Of a DNA stretch of 57,275 nt, positions 40,837 to 52,500 are shown in pieces. Origin of the DNA: Nemertoderma westbladi (Eukaryota; Animalia; Xenacoelomorpha); NCBI GenBank assembly GCA_032718475.1, contig JAUCBJ010002023.1, positions 1 to 57,275 of the forward strand, given 5' to 3'. Below the pieces are notes generated by a model. It had not been told where the DNA came from and did no database searches. It saw only the letters and a program-made list of their open reading frames with translations. The number at the start of each line of letters is the position of its first letter. Positions within the stretch are counted from its first letter, which is position 1. The translations under genes were made by a program, and so were the position numbers.

Positions 40837-41275
40837 GGGTCCTACGAATTACCCCAAAATACCCCAAAACACCCCAAAATACTCCAAAATACCCCAAAAT
40901 AGTCAAAAATTACCCCAAAATACCCCAAAAAGGCTAAAAAATTACCCCAAAATACCCCAAAATAAGCTAACAATGTTTTTTAACAGCGAGGGAAAGGAGC
41001 AGGTTACAGTGGCAAGTTTTTTTAACCAAAACAATAAACGAGAGTGAAGAAAAATTTTTTAATTATTTTGGGGTAATTCGTCATTATTTTGGGGTAATTC
41101 GTCATTTTACCATATTTTGGGGTAAATTAAATTTCCAAAACAAAGGCTCAAAAAAAAGTATTTTGGGGTAATTCTAAACTATTTTGGGGTATTTTGGGGT
41201 AATTATAAACTATTTTGGGGTAGTTTTATACTATTTTGGGGTGTTTTGGGGTATTTTGGGGTAATTCGTAGGACC
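40837..41275. mobile_element. Foldback/Mutator-like MITE with (ACCCCAAAAT)n arms
   Basis: GGTCCTACGAATTACCCCAAAAT inverted termini and a perfect 9-bp TSD GATGCAATA (40828-40836, 41276-41284). Confidence 0.88.
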
Positions 41276-41640
41276 GATGCAATAAAATATTTCACCGATG
41301 CAAACATGCTTTTATTGGGGGCGAAAATTGAAATTTGAGGTTAAACCTCAAATTTGAGACAAAACCTCAAATTTCGCCAGCCTTTACAACATCACCAGCC
41401 TGTCAGCAGTAGGGTTTAGCAGTAGGCTTTGCTGCTTAGTGCTTATAGCAGTATAGAGCTTGGTGAGAATGGGTGACCAGTGTAACCTGTGGCATGACAT
41501 GTATGCAGGGTACAGGGGTAGGCTTAACCTTACAGCACAGTAACTTACTGACTTACAGTCAATAACTTTAATGATTGTTAACTCCGTTAGTGATTGGTGA
41601 GAAAAATGCAGAAGACTAGAGAAATTTGCTATCCTAAGCC

Positions 41641-42049
41641 TTACTGTTGGTAAGAAGAACAGTCTACCAAATCCTCAATGTTGCGAGATTCAAGCTCACA
41701 CAGCTGCACAGTCACAGACTCAGGAAGGCCTACTACTGTATATCTTGTAGATGTTGAATCAATTCCAGAATTTGGAAGTTTGCATATTCTGGCATTCGTC
41801 TGTGGTCTGTTCTGTTCATCATTCATATCACACATCTTCGGAAAAAAATATGTTTTCTGGTTGTTGATGTCCTCTTTTAAAACTTTGTATATCAAATGAA
41901 GCCATTCCTCCCCTGATAGCTTGAAGACTTATGTAATTTTCGCCTGCCCTAGCTCTATCTGTCAATTGGAATTCTGTACCATCAGTTTGGAGCCCATTTC
42001 TAGACAAATGTTGTCGCAAAGGTTGACAGGTTGACGTGGTTTATACAAT
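41641..42049 (-). pseudogene. Degraded coding remnant with a SAP-like motif, inside the CAG-ended element
   Basis: LRQHLSRNGLQTDGTEFQLTDR fits the SAP pattern L+..L...GL...G.K..L..R apart from K>E. It is frameshifted and cut by the CMC-like insertion; coding-like sequence continues at ~43842-44480. Confidence 0.4.
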
Positions 42050-43841
42050 CCCAGTAAAAAATCCCCATGCGTAACGCATTCGTACAACATGCAGCATTCG
42101 TAAAAGGTGCGTGCAATGTTATTTAAGATTCGTGAAGCCTTCGTCAATGGTTCGTCAGTCCGAATAATTTAACGAATGCGTATAGTATTCGTATCGCATG
42201 TGAGAGTTCACTTGTAAATATATTCGTGGCTCATCATTCGTGGCACATGCGATACGAATGCTTCCACACCACACAAAAAATAATTCGTGGTTCATTCGTT
42301 CGTACCACATGCGATACGAATGCTTAGCCACGCCACGCTTAAAATTATTCGTGGTCCATTCGTGACGCATGCGATACGCATGCAAAGCACTCTCAATTAG
42401 AGTACCGTACAGACTGTAATACTGACCAATCACCATTCGGCAAAGAATCGAACATAGTGTTATTAGTTAGTAGCTCTCCCCCTTTGTTACCAGTCAGCCA
42501 GTCCTATGTACTTTTACTATATATTTATTTAATGGGTTGCCCAGTAATTCTCAACTCCCATTTATTATTTTGGTTCCCCATTATTTTGGTATGTAAACCT
42601 GTTCCCTTTACCAACATGCTTGATATACTGTAATAATGTAAAGGTTATGTACTGTAGGGTAGGTGAGATAAATAATGACAACATAAAACTACAGTATTAA
42701 CGTAACGAACTACAGTATGTAGGCATACTTATAGTATGTAGGCACTAGGCAAGGCAGGCACCCCCCCCCCCCCCCCCACCCGTAGTTTTAGCCTCTGTAC
42801 AGTAGTACTCATTTCCCAAAGTTATTACAGTAGTTTTATGTTGTCATTATTTATCTCACCTGGCCTACAGTACAGTACCAATACATATTATAAAGCATGT
42901 GGCATTTTTATTAAATTATACGTGTGTATGGTGATATTCTCACACAGTTTCTTAGGCCTCCAGGTCGAATTTGTTTAATTCGCTATAAAAAGCCATTAAA
43001 AAGTCTACTGATATACTGTAGCAGTTAATTACCGGTTACTGCTACAGTAGGCCCTACACTTATTAATGGTAAAAAAATCTTACAGACAAAATACATCAAA
43101 GGCATACATTTTATGAGATGCATCCACATAATTTCAATGTTTTTTTTACTATATTCTAGAATATTAATTCGTTTTTTTTCGATAATAAGTAATAAAATAT
43201 ATATATAATAATAATAAAAATATATATAATAATAAAATAATATAATATAATAATAAAATAATATAATAATAAAATATCATAAAAAATAATAAACCATCAA
43301 TAATAATTAATATAAGTATAATAATAACTATAACGATTTACGTCTGAAATTGCGTGCTCTTGAATTATATCTGAACATTTTTTTGGGGAAATTGAAAATG
43401 GCTTTCATATTCGATTCGGAATATCAAGTATATTTAAAAAAATAAAATAAAATGGACACGTTTTATCAGTTGTAAACTGTTAAAACTATGTAAACTGTAG
43501 CGAAATAATAAAAAAATAAAAATCCTGCGGTAAACATTCGTATAACACTCGTAAAACATTCGTAACGCATTCGTATAGCGCGGGAAACATTCGTATATAA
43601 CATGCGGGACGCATTCGTATCGTGTGCGGGAAACATTCGTATAAGATTAGGGACGCATTCGTAGAATGTGCGGGATTCGAATAAGGTTCGTATTACATTC
43701 GATATGCGAATAAAGGATGCGTATTTGGTTCGGTTTTCGCATTCGTATCGCATGGTTCATCTATGTAACATTTCAGAATGCGTTACGAATGCGTGAAATA
43801 TGCGCCATCCCATGCGTTACGAATGCGGATTTTTTACTGGG
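42050..43841. mobile_element. Non-autonomous CMC/EnSpm-like DNA transposon, 1.79 kb
   Basis: Perfect 15-bp TIR CCCAGTAAAAAATCC, 2-bp TSD AT, and dense GCATTCGTA/TACGAATGC subterminal repeats at both ends. Confidence 0.88.
42650..42873. repeat. Inverted-repeat MITE inside the CMC-like element
   Basis: AGGTGAGATAAATAATGACAACATAAAACTAC pairs with GTAGTTTTATGTTGTCATTATTTATCTCACCT. Confidence 0.65.
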
Positions 43842-44608
43842 ATATATGTGGACTTGATTCTTTTGTTAGTTATTCTATATGACTAGAAACTGGAGACTCT
43901 AACAGTCTAAAGTTGGAACCACTACCTTCTACAGTATACTTCAATTAAAGTTCAATTTGATAATGTGCTTTAAACTTATATGTAAAGATCTAAACCTGAT
44001 CCTCCATTACAACAATGTGCAACATCATCGCAGAGTATTTTAATATCCCAGCCAGACATCCAATGCAATCATGACCTGGCCAGTGGCCATATATATAAAA
44101 TTATGAAGCAATGGCCAAGCCCCGCCCATGCTGCCATGTCTGCATGTTCCAATGTTCCATACATCACCTCTTCTTTATCAGGGTTATTAACATATGGAAT
44201 ATGCTGGACCTGGAACACAGTAGAAACATCATCATCTCATCACTAATCGCTAGTCTTTTAAACAGTCTTTAGACTCTGCTTTCTTATCAAGACATCTGAA
44301 ATGTTTTAGAAATCTAAGTGACTGTTTGTTTATAGGCCTACTATACATACATACATCCTTTTAAATTGACCTTATGAGGAACCAGAATCATTTATAACTT
44401 GGGCAAAAAGTATAACCTTTTTCACTAACCTATTCTCGAGGCTTTATCTCATTTCTTGCCTTTCTCGACACCTTGCAGGCACTAAAGTTGCATTGCAATG
44501 GTGTGTTGTGTAGGGATGGATTTTGCTCAAATTTCGATCAAAAATTTTGATCAAAAATTTTGATCAACACATTCAATGAAATTTTAGAAATTCCACCAAA
44601 AATATTTT

Positions 44609-44891
44609 GGCACTTGTGTCAAATCAAATAGGTGACCCTCCTAATCTGCTAATCCTGAAATCACCAGCTATTGCTGAAATTTAGTGCAGGTGATATCAAT
44701 ATTCCTAACTCTTGTTTATTGTTTTTTGGTTACTTTCAACTCACCTCTGTAACCTGCTCCTTTGCTTTGCTAACCCTGTACTGTAACCGGGCACTAGTGA
44801 AAGTGACTTTAGTTTTGGTGATTTCAGGATTAGCAGAATAGGAGCTAGGAGGGTCCCCTACAGCGCTACAGCCCTATTTGACACAAGTGCC
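44609..44891. mobile_element. MITE with GG termini and long imperfect TIRs
   Basis: GGCACTTGTGTCAAAT...CTGCTAATCCTGAAATCACCA and its inverse. Flanks AATATTTT and AATGTTTT form an 8-bp TSD with one mismatch. Confidence 0.75.
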
Positions 44892-45379
44892 AATGTTTTA
44901 TTTTACTTTTTTTACCTGGAGAAAAAGTAAAATCACTGCAAAATTATGGCTCTATGCCTATGGTACATTATTATGTGGCAATATTATTCAATATTATTGC
45001 AGGTTGCTGTCTGGCTGTGTTGCCGACTTTGCAAAAGCTGTGCCCAACAAAAAGTTACAATATTCAGATATTATGGGGACAACTTTTTCCCTACCAGTAG
45101 GGAAAAAAGTAGGCCTACTACTTTTTCTCCCGATTTTAGGGCATAGGCCTATTCTTAAGCAAAAAAGTAGCCTAACAATATAAAAATATAAGTTCTTTAA
45201 GCTCTGTACTTCATTTTATATGTCTACCATCTAATACTGAATATGTTTTAAATATTATATTTCACAACACTCAGACACTACCCTAGGCTTACATCAGTTT
45301 ATTTTTTTACCTTTGCAATACAGTAACAAACTAACAACTACTGAACTAGGCCAACTATGACTTCTGTCTGTATCTGACT

Positions 45380-48055
45380 ATGCCAGTATGCAGCTATGTA
45401 TGCTACTTCTCATGTTCTGGAAGACTGGCTAAGAAGTTTCCTAAGGTGGTTCTGATTGTGTGCTACTCTCCAACTAGTGTTGCCCCTGTAGAGGAGGTGG
45501 AAAATTTCTACCACAATCTACAAGCAGCAACTGATGGAGTGGATCAGCATGCATTCTTAACATTCCTGGGAGACTTTAATGCAAGTCTGCATCAATCACC
45601 TACATCGCCCTGGGTCTATAGCAATAGTGTTAACCGAAATTCTGTCCATCCTCAGGATTTTATCTCTGGAAATGGATTGTTTTCGGCTGGAACCCAGTTC
45701 AAGAAGCGAACTGGAAAGCTATGGACTCATAGTGGACCCAGTGGTCACAAGTCCCAGATAGACCATATTCTGTTTCGTAGGAAATACAGGAGCTCTATAC
45801 AAGACTGTAATGCATTTACACTTCGACCCTTCTCCAGTGATCACCGCCTTATTGTGGCCAAGGTAAGACTTAGTCTGCGTGCTAGCAGAACAACGAAATC
45901 TGCCTTGCCACGGCATGACTGGTCCTCTCTGTTGCAACAGCCAAGTGTGAGATCCAGCTTCACACTACAGCTGAGCAACAGGTATGAGGCTCTTGCCTCT
46001 GAGGCGGCAGATCACTGTGAGGGCTATACTGCCTTTACAGAAGCAGTTAAGTTAGCAGCTGCAGAAACAGTTCCTGTATACCCTCGAAACAGGAAAAGGG
46101 CCCCCTGGACTGACAACAAAATTCAGAAGTGCCGAAATGACCTTCATAAGGCGCAGAAAGAGTCCCGACTCAAACAGACTACAGCGGCCAAGAATGCAGT
46201 TAAAGCTGCATCTAGGTCCCTGAACAGGCAGTACTCTGTTAATCTACAGGAGCTAATAAACCAACAGGTTGATGCCATCAATGATGCTGACGACAGCAGG
46301 CAATCATCCCAGGCATGGAGATCGATCAATCTGCTTACTGGGCGGAAAAGCCAACCAACCACCAAGGTTAAGGCTGAATCACCAGCCGATCGCCTCAATG
46401 GCTGGAAAGACCACTTTGAAAAGCTCCTCAATAATGACAGGGTATTGCCTGATAACTTTATAGAAGTAAAAGTGTCTGAGTCTGTACTCCCAGATATTCC
46501 CATTGGCGATATCTCCTTTGCAGAAGTGAAGGCTGCTGCAAAGAGCATTAAGACCAATCGTGCCAGTGGAGTAGATGGTGTTCCCCCTGAGGTCTTTAAA
46601 ATACCTGAGTGTTTAAAGCTCATCTATCCCATCATAGTAGACATGTACCGTACAACAAGAGTCCCACAAGAAATGAAAACAAATAAGTTGGTGCCAGTTC
46701 CCAAGAAGGGCAACCTAACACTCTATGGTTCTTTTCGGGGAATCTCATTGATATCGATTGCTGCAAAACTATACAATAGAATTCTATTAAATCGCATCAG
46801 GGATCCCATTGAGAGACTGCTACGTGGAAATCAGAATGGGTTCCGTAAAGGTCGTGGGACCATGGAGCCCATTTTGGCACTTAGAAGGATAATTGAAGAG
46901 TTATCAAAAAAGAAAGACAGGCATCTGGCTGTTATCTTTGTTGACTTCTTCAAGGCCTTTGATTCAGTCTCTCGCTCACGTATGTTCAGCATACTTTCAT
47001 TATATGGGATTCCTGATGAAATTATTGCAGCAATCAGATCAGTATACGATGGTTCGACAACATTTGTGTCTACTGTTGACGGTGACACAGAACCATTTGA
47101 AGTGTTATGGGGCGTCCTCCAAGGAGACACACTTGCACCATTCTTGTTCATTATTGTGGTTGACTATGTTCTACGCATGTCCTTAGATCATCATAATGAT
47201 GATGGGGTGATGATAACTCCACCTACTGGCTCCAGAAGTCGAGGAAATCCTGCCAAGTACCTAACTGATCTAGACTTTGCTGATGACTTAGGAGTACTCT
47301 CAGAATCATTAGAGGGAGCCCAGCGGCTCCTCAGCTCATTAGAACATGCTGCTTCTAGTGTTGGTCTTTTTATTAACTCCAGAAAGACCAAAATTCTGAC
47401 AGTTAACTTTGAAAGTCCTCAGCAAGTCTCTGATCGGATGAGCATAAGCTCAAAGGATGGTATGCTTGAGCATGTGGACGACTTCTGTTACCTGGGATCA
47501 TGGATCCGGAAGTCAGGTGAGGACCTTCGAATACGTAAGGGAAAGGCATGGGCAGCCTTGAATAGGCTTTCCAGGATTTGGAAGTCACCTAGAATTAATC
47601 GGAAACTTAAGGTCCGATTATTTAGAGCAGCAGTAGTTCCAGTACTCCTCTACGGGAGTCCATGCTGGGCTCTAACTGCTGAGGACACCAAATCTCTGGA
47701 TGGCACATTCACAAGAATGCTACGCCGGGTACATTGTGTCAAGTACAATGCACACATCTCCAACCAGACACTATATAACATTGGAGGTGTCTCATTGGTT
47801 CCCCCAAGCTTGACACTAGAACAAAATCGCCTCCGCTTTGCAGGACATTGCTTTCGCCGTGAGGACCAGCCAGTGCATAATCTTGTACTATGGCAGCCTC
47901 ATGGAGTGAATAAGCATGGTGGACAGCCCATGACTTTCTTGAGACGCATCTTAAAGGACACTGGCCTTAAAGATGCGGATGATCTAGCAAATGTCATGGG
48001 TGATAGGGAGTTGTGGCGGTGCAATTTTGTTGACAAGCCGGCACAGCATTCTTAA
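45380..48055 (+). CDS. RTE ORF: partial AP endonuclease plus reverse transcriptase (the ATG lies in flanking DNA)
   Basis: APE motifs CYSPT, GDFNA, QIDHIL and SDH. RT motifs QNGFR, DFFKAFDS, GVLQGDTLAPFLF, DLDFADD and FCYLGS. C-terminal RLRFAGHCFRR. Confidence 0.9.
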   Translation: MPVCSYVCYFSCSGRLAKKFPKVVLIVCYSPTSVAPVEEVENFYHNLQAATDGVDQHAFLTFLGDFNASLHQSPTSPWVYSNSVNRNSVHPQDFISGNGLFSAGTQFKKRTGKLWTHSGPSGHKSQIDHILFRRKYRSSIQDCNAFTLRPFSSDHRLIVAKVRLSLRASRTTKSALPRHDWSSLLQQPSVRSSFTLQLSNRYEALASEAADHCEGYTAFTEAVKLAAAETVPVYPRNRKRAPWTDNKIQKCRNDLHKAQKESRLKQTTAAKNAVKAASRSLNRQYSVNLQELINQQVDAINDADDSRQSSQAWRSINLLTGRKSQPTTKVKAESPADRLNGWKDHFEKLLNNDRVLPDNFIEVKVSESVLPDIPIGDISFAEVKAAAKSIKTNRASGVDGVPPEVFKIPECLKLIYPIIVDMYRTTRVPQEMKTNKLVPVPKKGNLTLYGSFRGISLISIAAKLYNRILLNRIRDPIERLLRGNQNGFRKGRGTMEPILALRRIIEELSKKKDRHLAVIFVDFFKAFDSVSRSRMFSILSLYGIPDEIIAAIRSVYDGSTTFVSTVDGDTEPFEVLWGVLQGDTLAPFLFIIVVDYVLRMSLDHHNDDGVMITPPTGSRSRGNPAKYLTDLDFADDLGVLSESLEGAQRLLSSLEHAASSVGLFINSRKTKILTVNFESPQQVSDRMSISSKDGMLEHVDDFCYLGSWIRKSGEDLRIRKGKAWAALNRLSRIWKSPRINRKLKVRLFRAAVVPVLLYGSPCWALTAEDTKSLDGTFTRMLRRVHCVKYNAHISNQTLYNIGGVSLVPPSLTLEQNRLRFAGHCFRREDQPVHNLVLWQPHGVNKHGGQPMTFLRRILKDTGLKDADDLANVMGDRELWRCNFVDKPAQHS

Positions 48056-48103
48056 AAATGCAGCTGCAATGCAGCATGCCGATCCTAGTAGTAGTAGTAG
48101 TAG
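45399..48103 (+). mobile_element. Young 5'-truncated RTE-clade LINE
   Basis: Uninterrupted frame to 48055, very short 3' UTR, (TAG)6 tail at 48086-48103, and a candidate TSD AGCTATG (45392-45398, 48102-48108). Confidence 0.93.
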
Positions 48104-48267
48104 CTATGAAATTCAAATTTGGGGTAAAACTCAAATTTAGAGAATTAACCTAACCTTGTATTAAATTTGAGGTAATTCCAAAATTGGGTTTATAATTTGA
48201 AATTTGAGGTATTCTCAAATTTGATGATCTCCCTGACTGATATTGCCCTGATTGCCAGCTGATACAG

Positions 48268-49129
48268 CGGAGTTTATACCCAAACGATGAAGGAAGATCG
48301 AAAGGTGGGTGGGAAGGTGGAAATCAATAAACGATGTTTTTACCTTCCAATTGAAGGAAAAGAGCAGGTTACAGCGGCGGCAATTTCTAACCAAAACAAT
48401 AAACGATGTTGTTGAAAATTTTCACCCACCGCCGAAAAATACAAGTTTCAGAATTCTTATGCAATTTTTACACATTCCATTGAATTCCGATCCCTCACAA
48501 ATCCGTATAACGCAAGAAACCCCATACTCAGATACTTCCAAAAAACACAAGTTTGAGATGTATAGTTGTTAGATAAATATTTATAAACCTCTAAAATGTA
48601 AGATAGGATTACAGTATAAGTTGTCACAATCAATTGAATTATTGAATGAATTTTCAAAAGTTCTTGCTGGCACCAAATTTTGCACACAGCACCGAAAAAT
48701 ACAACGTTGATGATATGCCTGGTGCAATTTTCATATATATTCCAACGAGACTAGAATGCCTAAAAACCCCTATTGCGGAAAAAACAGCTTCAACGTTATC
48801 GTGTCTGCACTGCATGGTACTTCACATAGCGCGCCATTTGGTGGTCTCGGGTGAATGTTTGGATTTGACCTAACCATATAGGTTTACTACTGCAGATCCG
48901 CAGCGGGCACATCGGGGCAGGTGTGGGCCATCGGAATCCGACAAGGCAGTGCACATATTGACATTTGGCGTATGTACATTTCTTACAGAAGGGAGCCACT
49001 GGTTAAGAGTAAAAAACAGCTTCAAATACTCAATTTACAAAATTGAAATATTTCAAAATTTGGGGCTGGCACCAAAATTTGGTACCCGCCGCCAAAAACA
49101 AGATTAAAATTTCTAGCTTATTTTATATG
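48268..49129. repeat. Unclassified non-autonomous repeat that is the target of the Gypsy insertion
   Basis: Contains the shared MITE core at 48356-48405 and internal repeats (GCTGGCACCAAA at 48667 and 49064; AAAAAACAGCTTCAA at 48779 and 49011). Ends not defined. Confidence 0.45.
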
Positions 49130-49134
49130 AATTC

Positions 49135-49356
49135 TGTTAGGCGACCGTGTAGTGGTCGGTAACAATGTTCAGTAGGCCACTGTCTGTACGTGACAGCAAT
49201 GTAGGCCTGTCTGTCTGTGGTGTAAGAAACAAGATGTATGACATACGACAGTCTGTACTTCTATTCTGACAGTCTAACTATAATCATATTACACAGTAAG
49301 CTGCATGGTACAAAGGTGCTATATTATGTTAGGTCCTCATTCCTAGTATCCTAACA
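49135..49356 (-). repeat. 3' LTR
   Basis: Identical by eye to 54112-54333. Confidence 0.97.
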
Positions 49357-49508
49357 TCACCCCCACACAAAATGATTTGTTATACTGTATGTCTAATAAA
49401 GTTTTGAATTATGGGTACTCTACGTATCTCGAGTTTATCCACACATATAATTCTTCAACCAGTATATGTTGTTATATTTAGTTCGAGTTCGTATAATTAT
49501 TGAATTCA

Positions 49509-52500
49509 TCAAACAGTATATTGTTTCCCACTTCGCAATGTTTTTATTACTTGACCTTGACCTTGAGTCTGTCCCGGTTCCCGCGTTGCTGGATACTGAG
49601 ATTGTCCCTGCGAAATAGGATCAACCGAAGTACCTTCCTGTGTGGATCCTTGGGTCGGTTCCATGATGTCACCACGTCCTGTTGCTAGTGGTAGACCGCC
49701 GGTTGGTACTCTTTTACCACTTCCGACACTGGGACCTGCTCCAGCGTGACGGCTCATCGTAGTAGTTGGATTCGAATTGGTAATGGATGTGGTACCTTCT
49801 TTGTCATTCCATGGGTTGTATCGACTCCTTATTTGGTTAACATTGCGTTTGACCAAAATATCACCAACTTTAACCATGTATACTCGCGATCCAATCCTTT
49901 TTATTATTCGTCCCGGGAGCCACTTTACAATTATTTGCCCCCTACCCGGTCGACTATAGTTTTTTATCCAGACCGCTTCACCGATCTCGAATTTTCCACT
50001 TGTTTCGTCGCTTTTGTTACTCGTCACTGGATATTCCAATAACCGTTCTAACCGAGTCTTTGTAGGATATTGGAAAATTGATTCGTTCGGGGTTTTTCCT
50101 CTTGGTGTGTACAGTGAATTTCTATCCTGCATTAGGAAATTACTGATCTTATCTTGTATAGTATCGTTTTCGATACTGAACTTTTGTTTCTTCATCGAGT
50201 TCTTTATACTTTGCACGGTTCTTTCAGCAGCACCATTTGAAGTTGGTGAATAGAATGCGGAACTCCAATGAGTTATACCGTTGTCTGTAAAGAAACTTTC
50301 TATTTCTGTTGAAATGAACTGTGGTCCATTATCACTAAATATTATCGCCGGAATTCCTGTAAATGCAAACATATTTTTCATTTCTGTTATAATTGTAGAA
50401 GACTTTGCATTCTTTAATACTCTGGCATCTTTCCAACCAGAATACGTATCAACCATACCTAAAATCGTATGTTCTTCGAAATCTGCTAAATCAGTGTGAA
50501 TTCGTTCAAATGCTGCCTTAGCTGTTGGTAATGACACATATTCTTGAGGTGGACTGTTGGCGAATTGTTGACATGGTGTACACTCTTTGATGAATAACTT
50601 TATATCATCTACTATACCAGGCCACCAACAGATGTCTGCTGCTTTTGTGAGCATTCTTCTTTCTCCGATGTGTGCGGAATGTAGTTCCTTCATTACATGT
50701 GCCTGTAAGCTGGATGGTATTATAATTCGATTACCACGCATAATTATTCCTTCTTTGATTGTAAGTTCAAATTCAATAGCTTTGTAATGACGTAACTCAG
50801 GATTATTTGTTTGTATCTTTTCGCCATATTCGACTGTGCGTTTCAAATGACATAATCCCGGATCAGCCTCAGTAGCATCTTGTAATCCTTGTTTGGTTAA
50901 AGGAATGTCTACTATGTTTTGTTCCTGTTGTAAGTCCATAGCTCGAATGTCTATATCTGATTTATCCTTGTAAATATTATCTTTGGTCGCAGGTGTAAGT
51001 CTTGATAATGCATCAGCAATATTCTCTTCTGAACTAATAGCTGTAACTGCGTAGTTATGAGCTGCTAGCTCAACAGCCCAGTGTTGTAACCTTGAAACAG
51101 TCGTAGCAGGAAGCGCTTTTAATGGACCAAATATTCGTTTGAGTGGTCTGTTATCGGTAACGATTGTAAACTTATGACCGATTAAGAATTGCTGGAATTT
51201 TCTTGTACCAAACATTATAGCAAGTGCTTCCCTGTCGAGCTGGCTATATTTTCTCTGATGCGTATCAAGTGTAGCTGATGCAAAAGCAACTGGTGTGAAT
51301 TCACTTTTCTCATTAATCTGCCCCAATATGGCAGATACAGCCTTTTCAGACGCATCGGTGATTAATTCCGTTTTCAACGATGGATTAAAGTGAACCAGTA
51401 GTGTACAATTCGATATGGCCTCCTTCACATTATTGTATGCATTGTTGGCTTCTTTTGACCATTCAAATGGTGTATCTTTCTGTAGTAATTTGTACAATGG
51501 GTTGGATATCTCCGCGTATTTGTGTACATACTTCCGTAAATAATTCATAAAACCCAATGCACTTTGTAATTCTTTCTTTGTGGATGGAGGTTTCATATCC
51601 CTGACTGCTTGTACCTTCTTTGGATCTGGCAAAAATCCTTTGCTTGTAATTATATGCCCACAGAATTCCACTTCTGACTTCACAAATGAACATTTCTTCA
51701 TTCCTATAGTAAGTCCAGCTTCCCTAAGTGCTGTAAACACTGTCTGGAGATCCCGTAAGTGCTCTTCCATATTGTTAGAAGCTATTAGAAACTCGTCCAT
51801 GTATGATACTGAAATGTATTTGCTCAATGTACAATGAACAACTTTAAGACATTTGGCTGCAGCTGGAGTGATTCCATATGGCAACCTTGTAGGTTTTAAC
51901 AATCCTAATGGTGTCGCTAATGTAAGCAGCGCTTGGCTTTCTTTATCAATTGGCAATTGGTTGTAAGCTTGTGCCATATCCAACTTCGTAAAAATTGTCT
52001 TGCCCTGCAGTTTGGCGGACATTTCCTCTTGAGACATTAAAGGGAAATAATCTTCTATGAGGTACTGATTTACAGTGCTCTTATAGTCCCCACAGATTCT
52101 GACGGATCCATCGTTTTTAGGCATAATTACTAATGGTGTAGCCCAATCAATGTTTTCTCCCTCATCTGTATGTACTAGACGTCCTTCTTTTATGTCAATC
52201 TTTAATTGTTCTATGACTTTATCCTTGTATGCATGTGGGACTGATCTTGAATGAAGGAATTTGGGATTTGTGTTTGATGTTTTGATCCTAATTTGTAAAG
52301 GTTCTCCCTTATAACATCCCACGCCAGTTAGAACCTCTGTAAATTCTTGTAACATGGTTTGTAACCGATATGGAAGATCTTTCGTGTCTAACTGAGTATT
52401 TTGGATTTTAATATCCTGTTGTAACAACTCATCAATACTAGTTCCGCGATGCACTAAATGTTGTAGCCAATATAGACCAAATAATGGTGAATTTTCGGTT

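Larger units (their letters stand above)
40637..48239. mobile_element. CAG...CTG-ended DNA transposon with a 5-bp TSD; 7.6 kb including nested elements
   Basis: 46-bp TIRs matching at 39/46 positions (CAGTCAGGSAGATCATCAAWTTTG...), ATATT on both flanks (40632-40636 and 48240-48244), and subterminal AAATTTGAGGT repeats at both ends. Confidence 0.75.

Noticed and set aside
40850-41265. Telomere-like C4A4/T4G4 repeats
   Set aside because: The unit is 10 bp (ACCCCAAAAT) and forms the inverted arms of a MITE with a 9-bp TSD.
44100-44170. Apparent SWIM-like AGLGHC motif on the minus strand
   Set aside because: The segment is built partly from scars, and the Cys/His spacing does not hold once they are removed.
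45380-45398. ATG start making the RTE ORF full length
   Set aside because: The ATG lies in a TATGC-CAG-TATGC scar upstream of the candidate TSD, and the N-terminal part of the endonuclease is missing.
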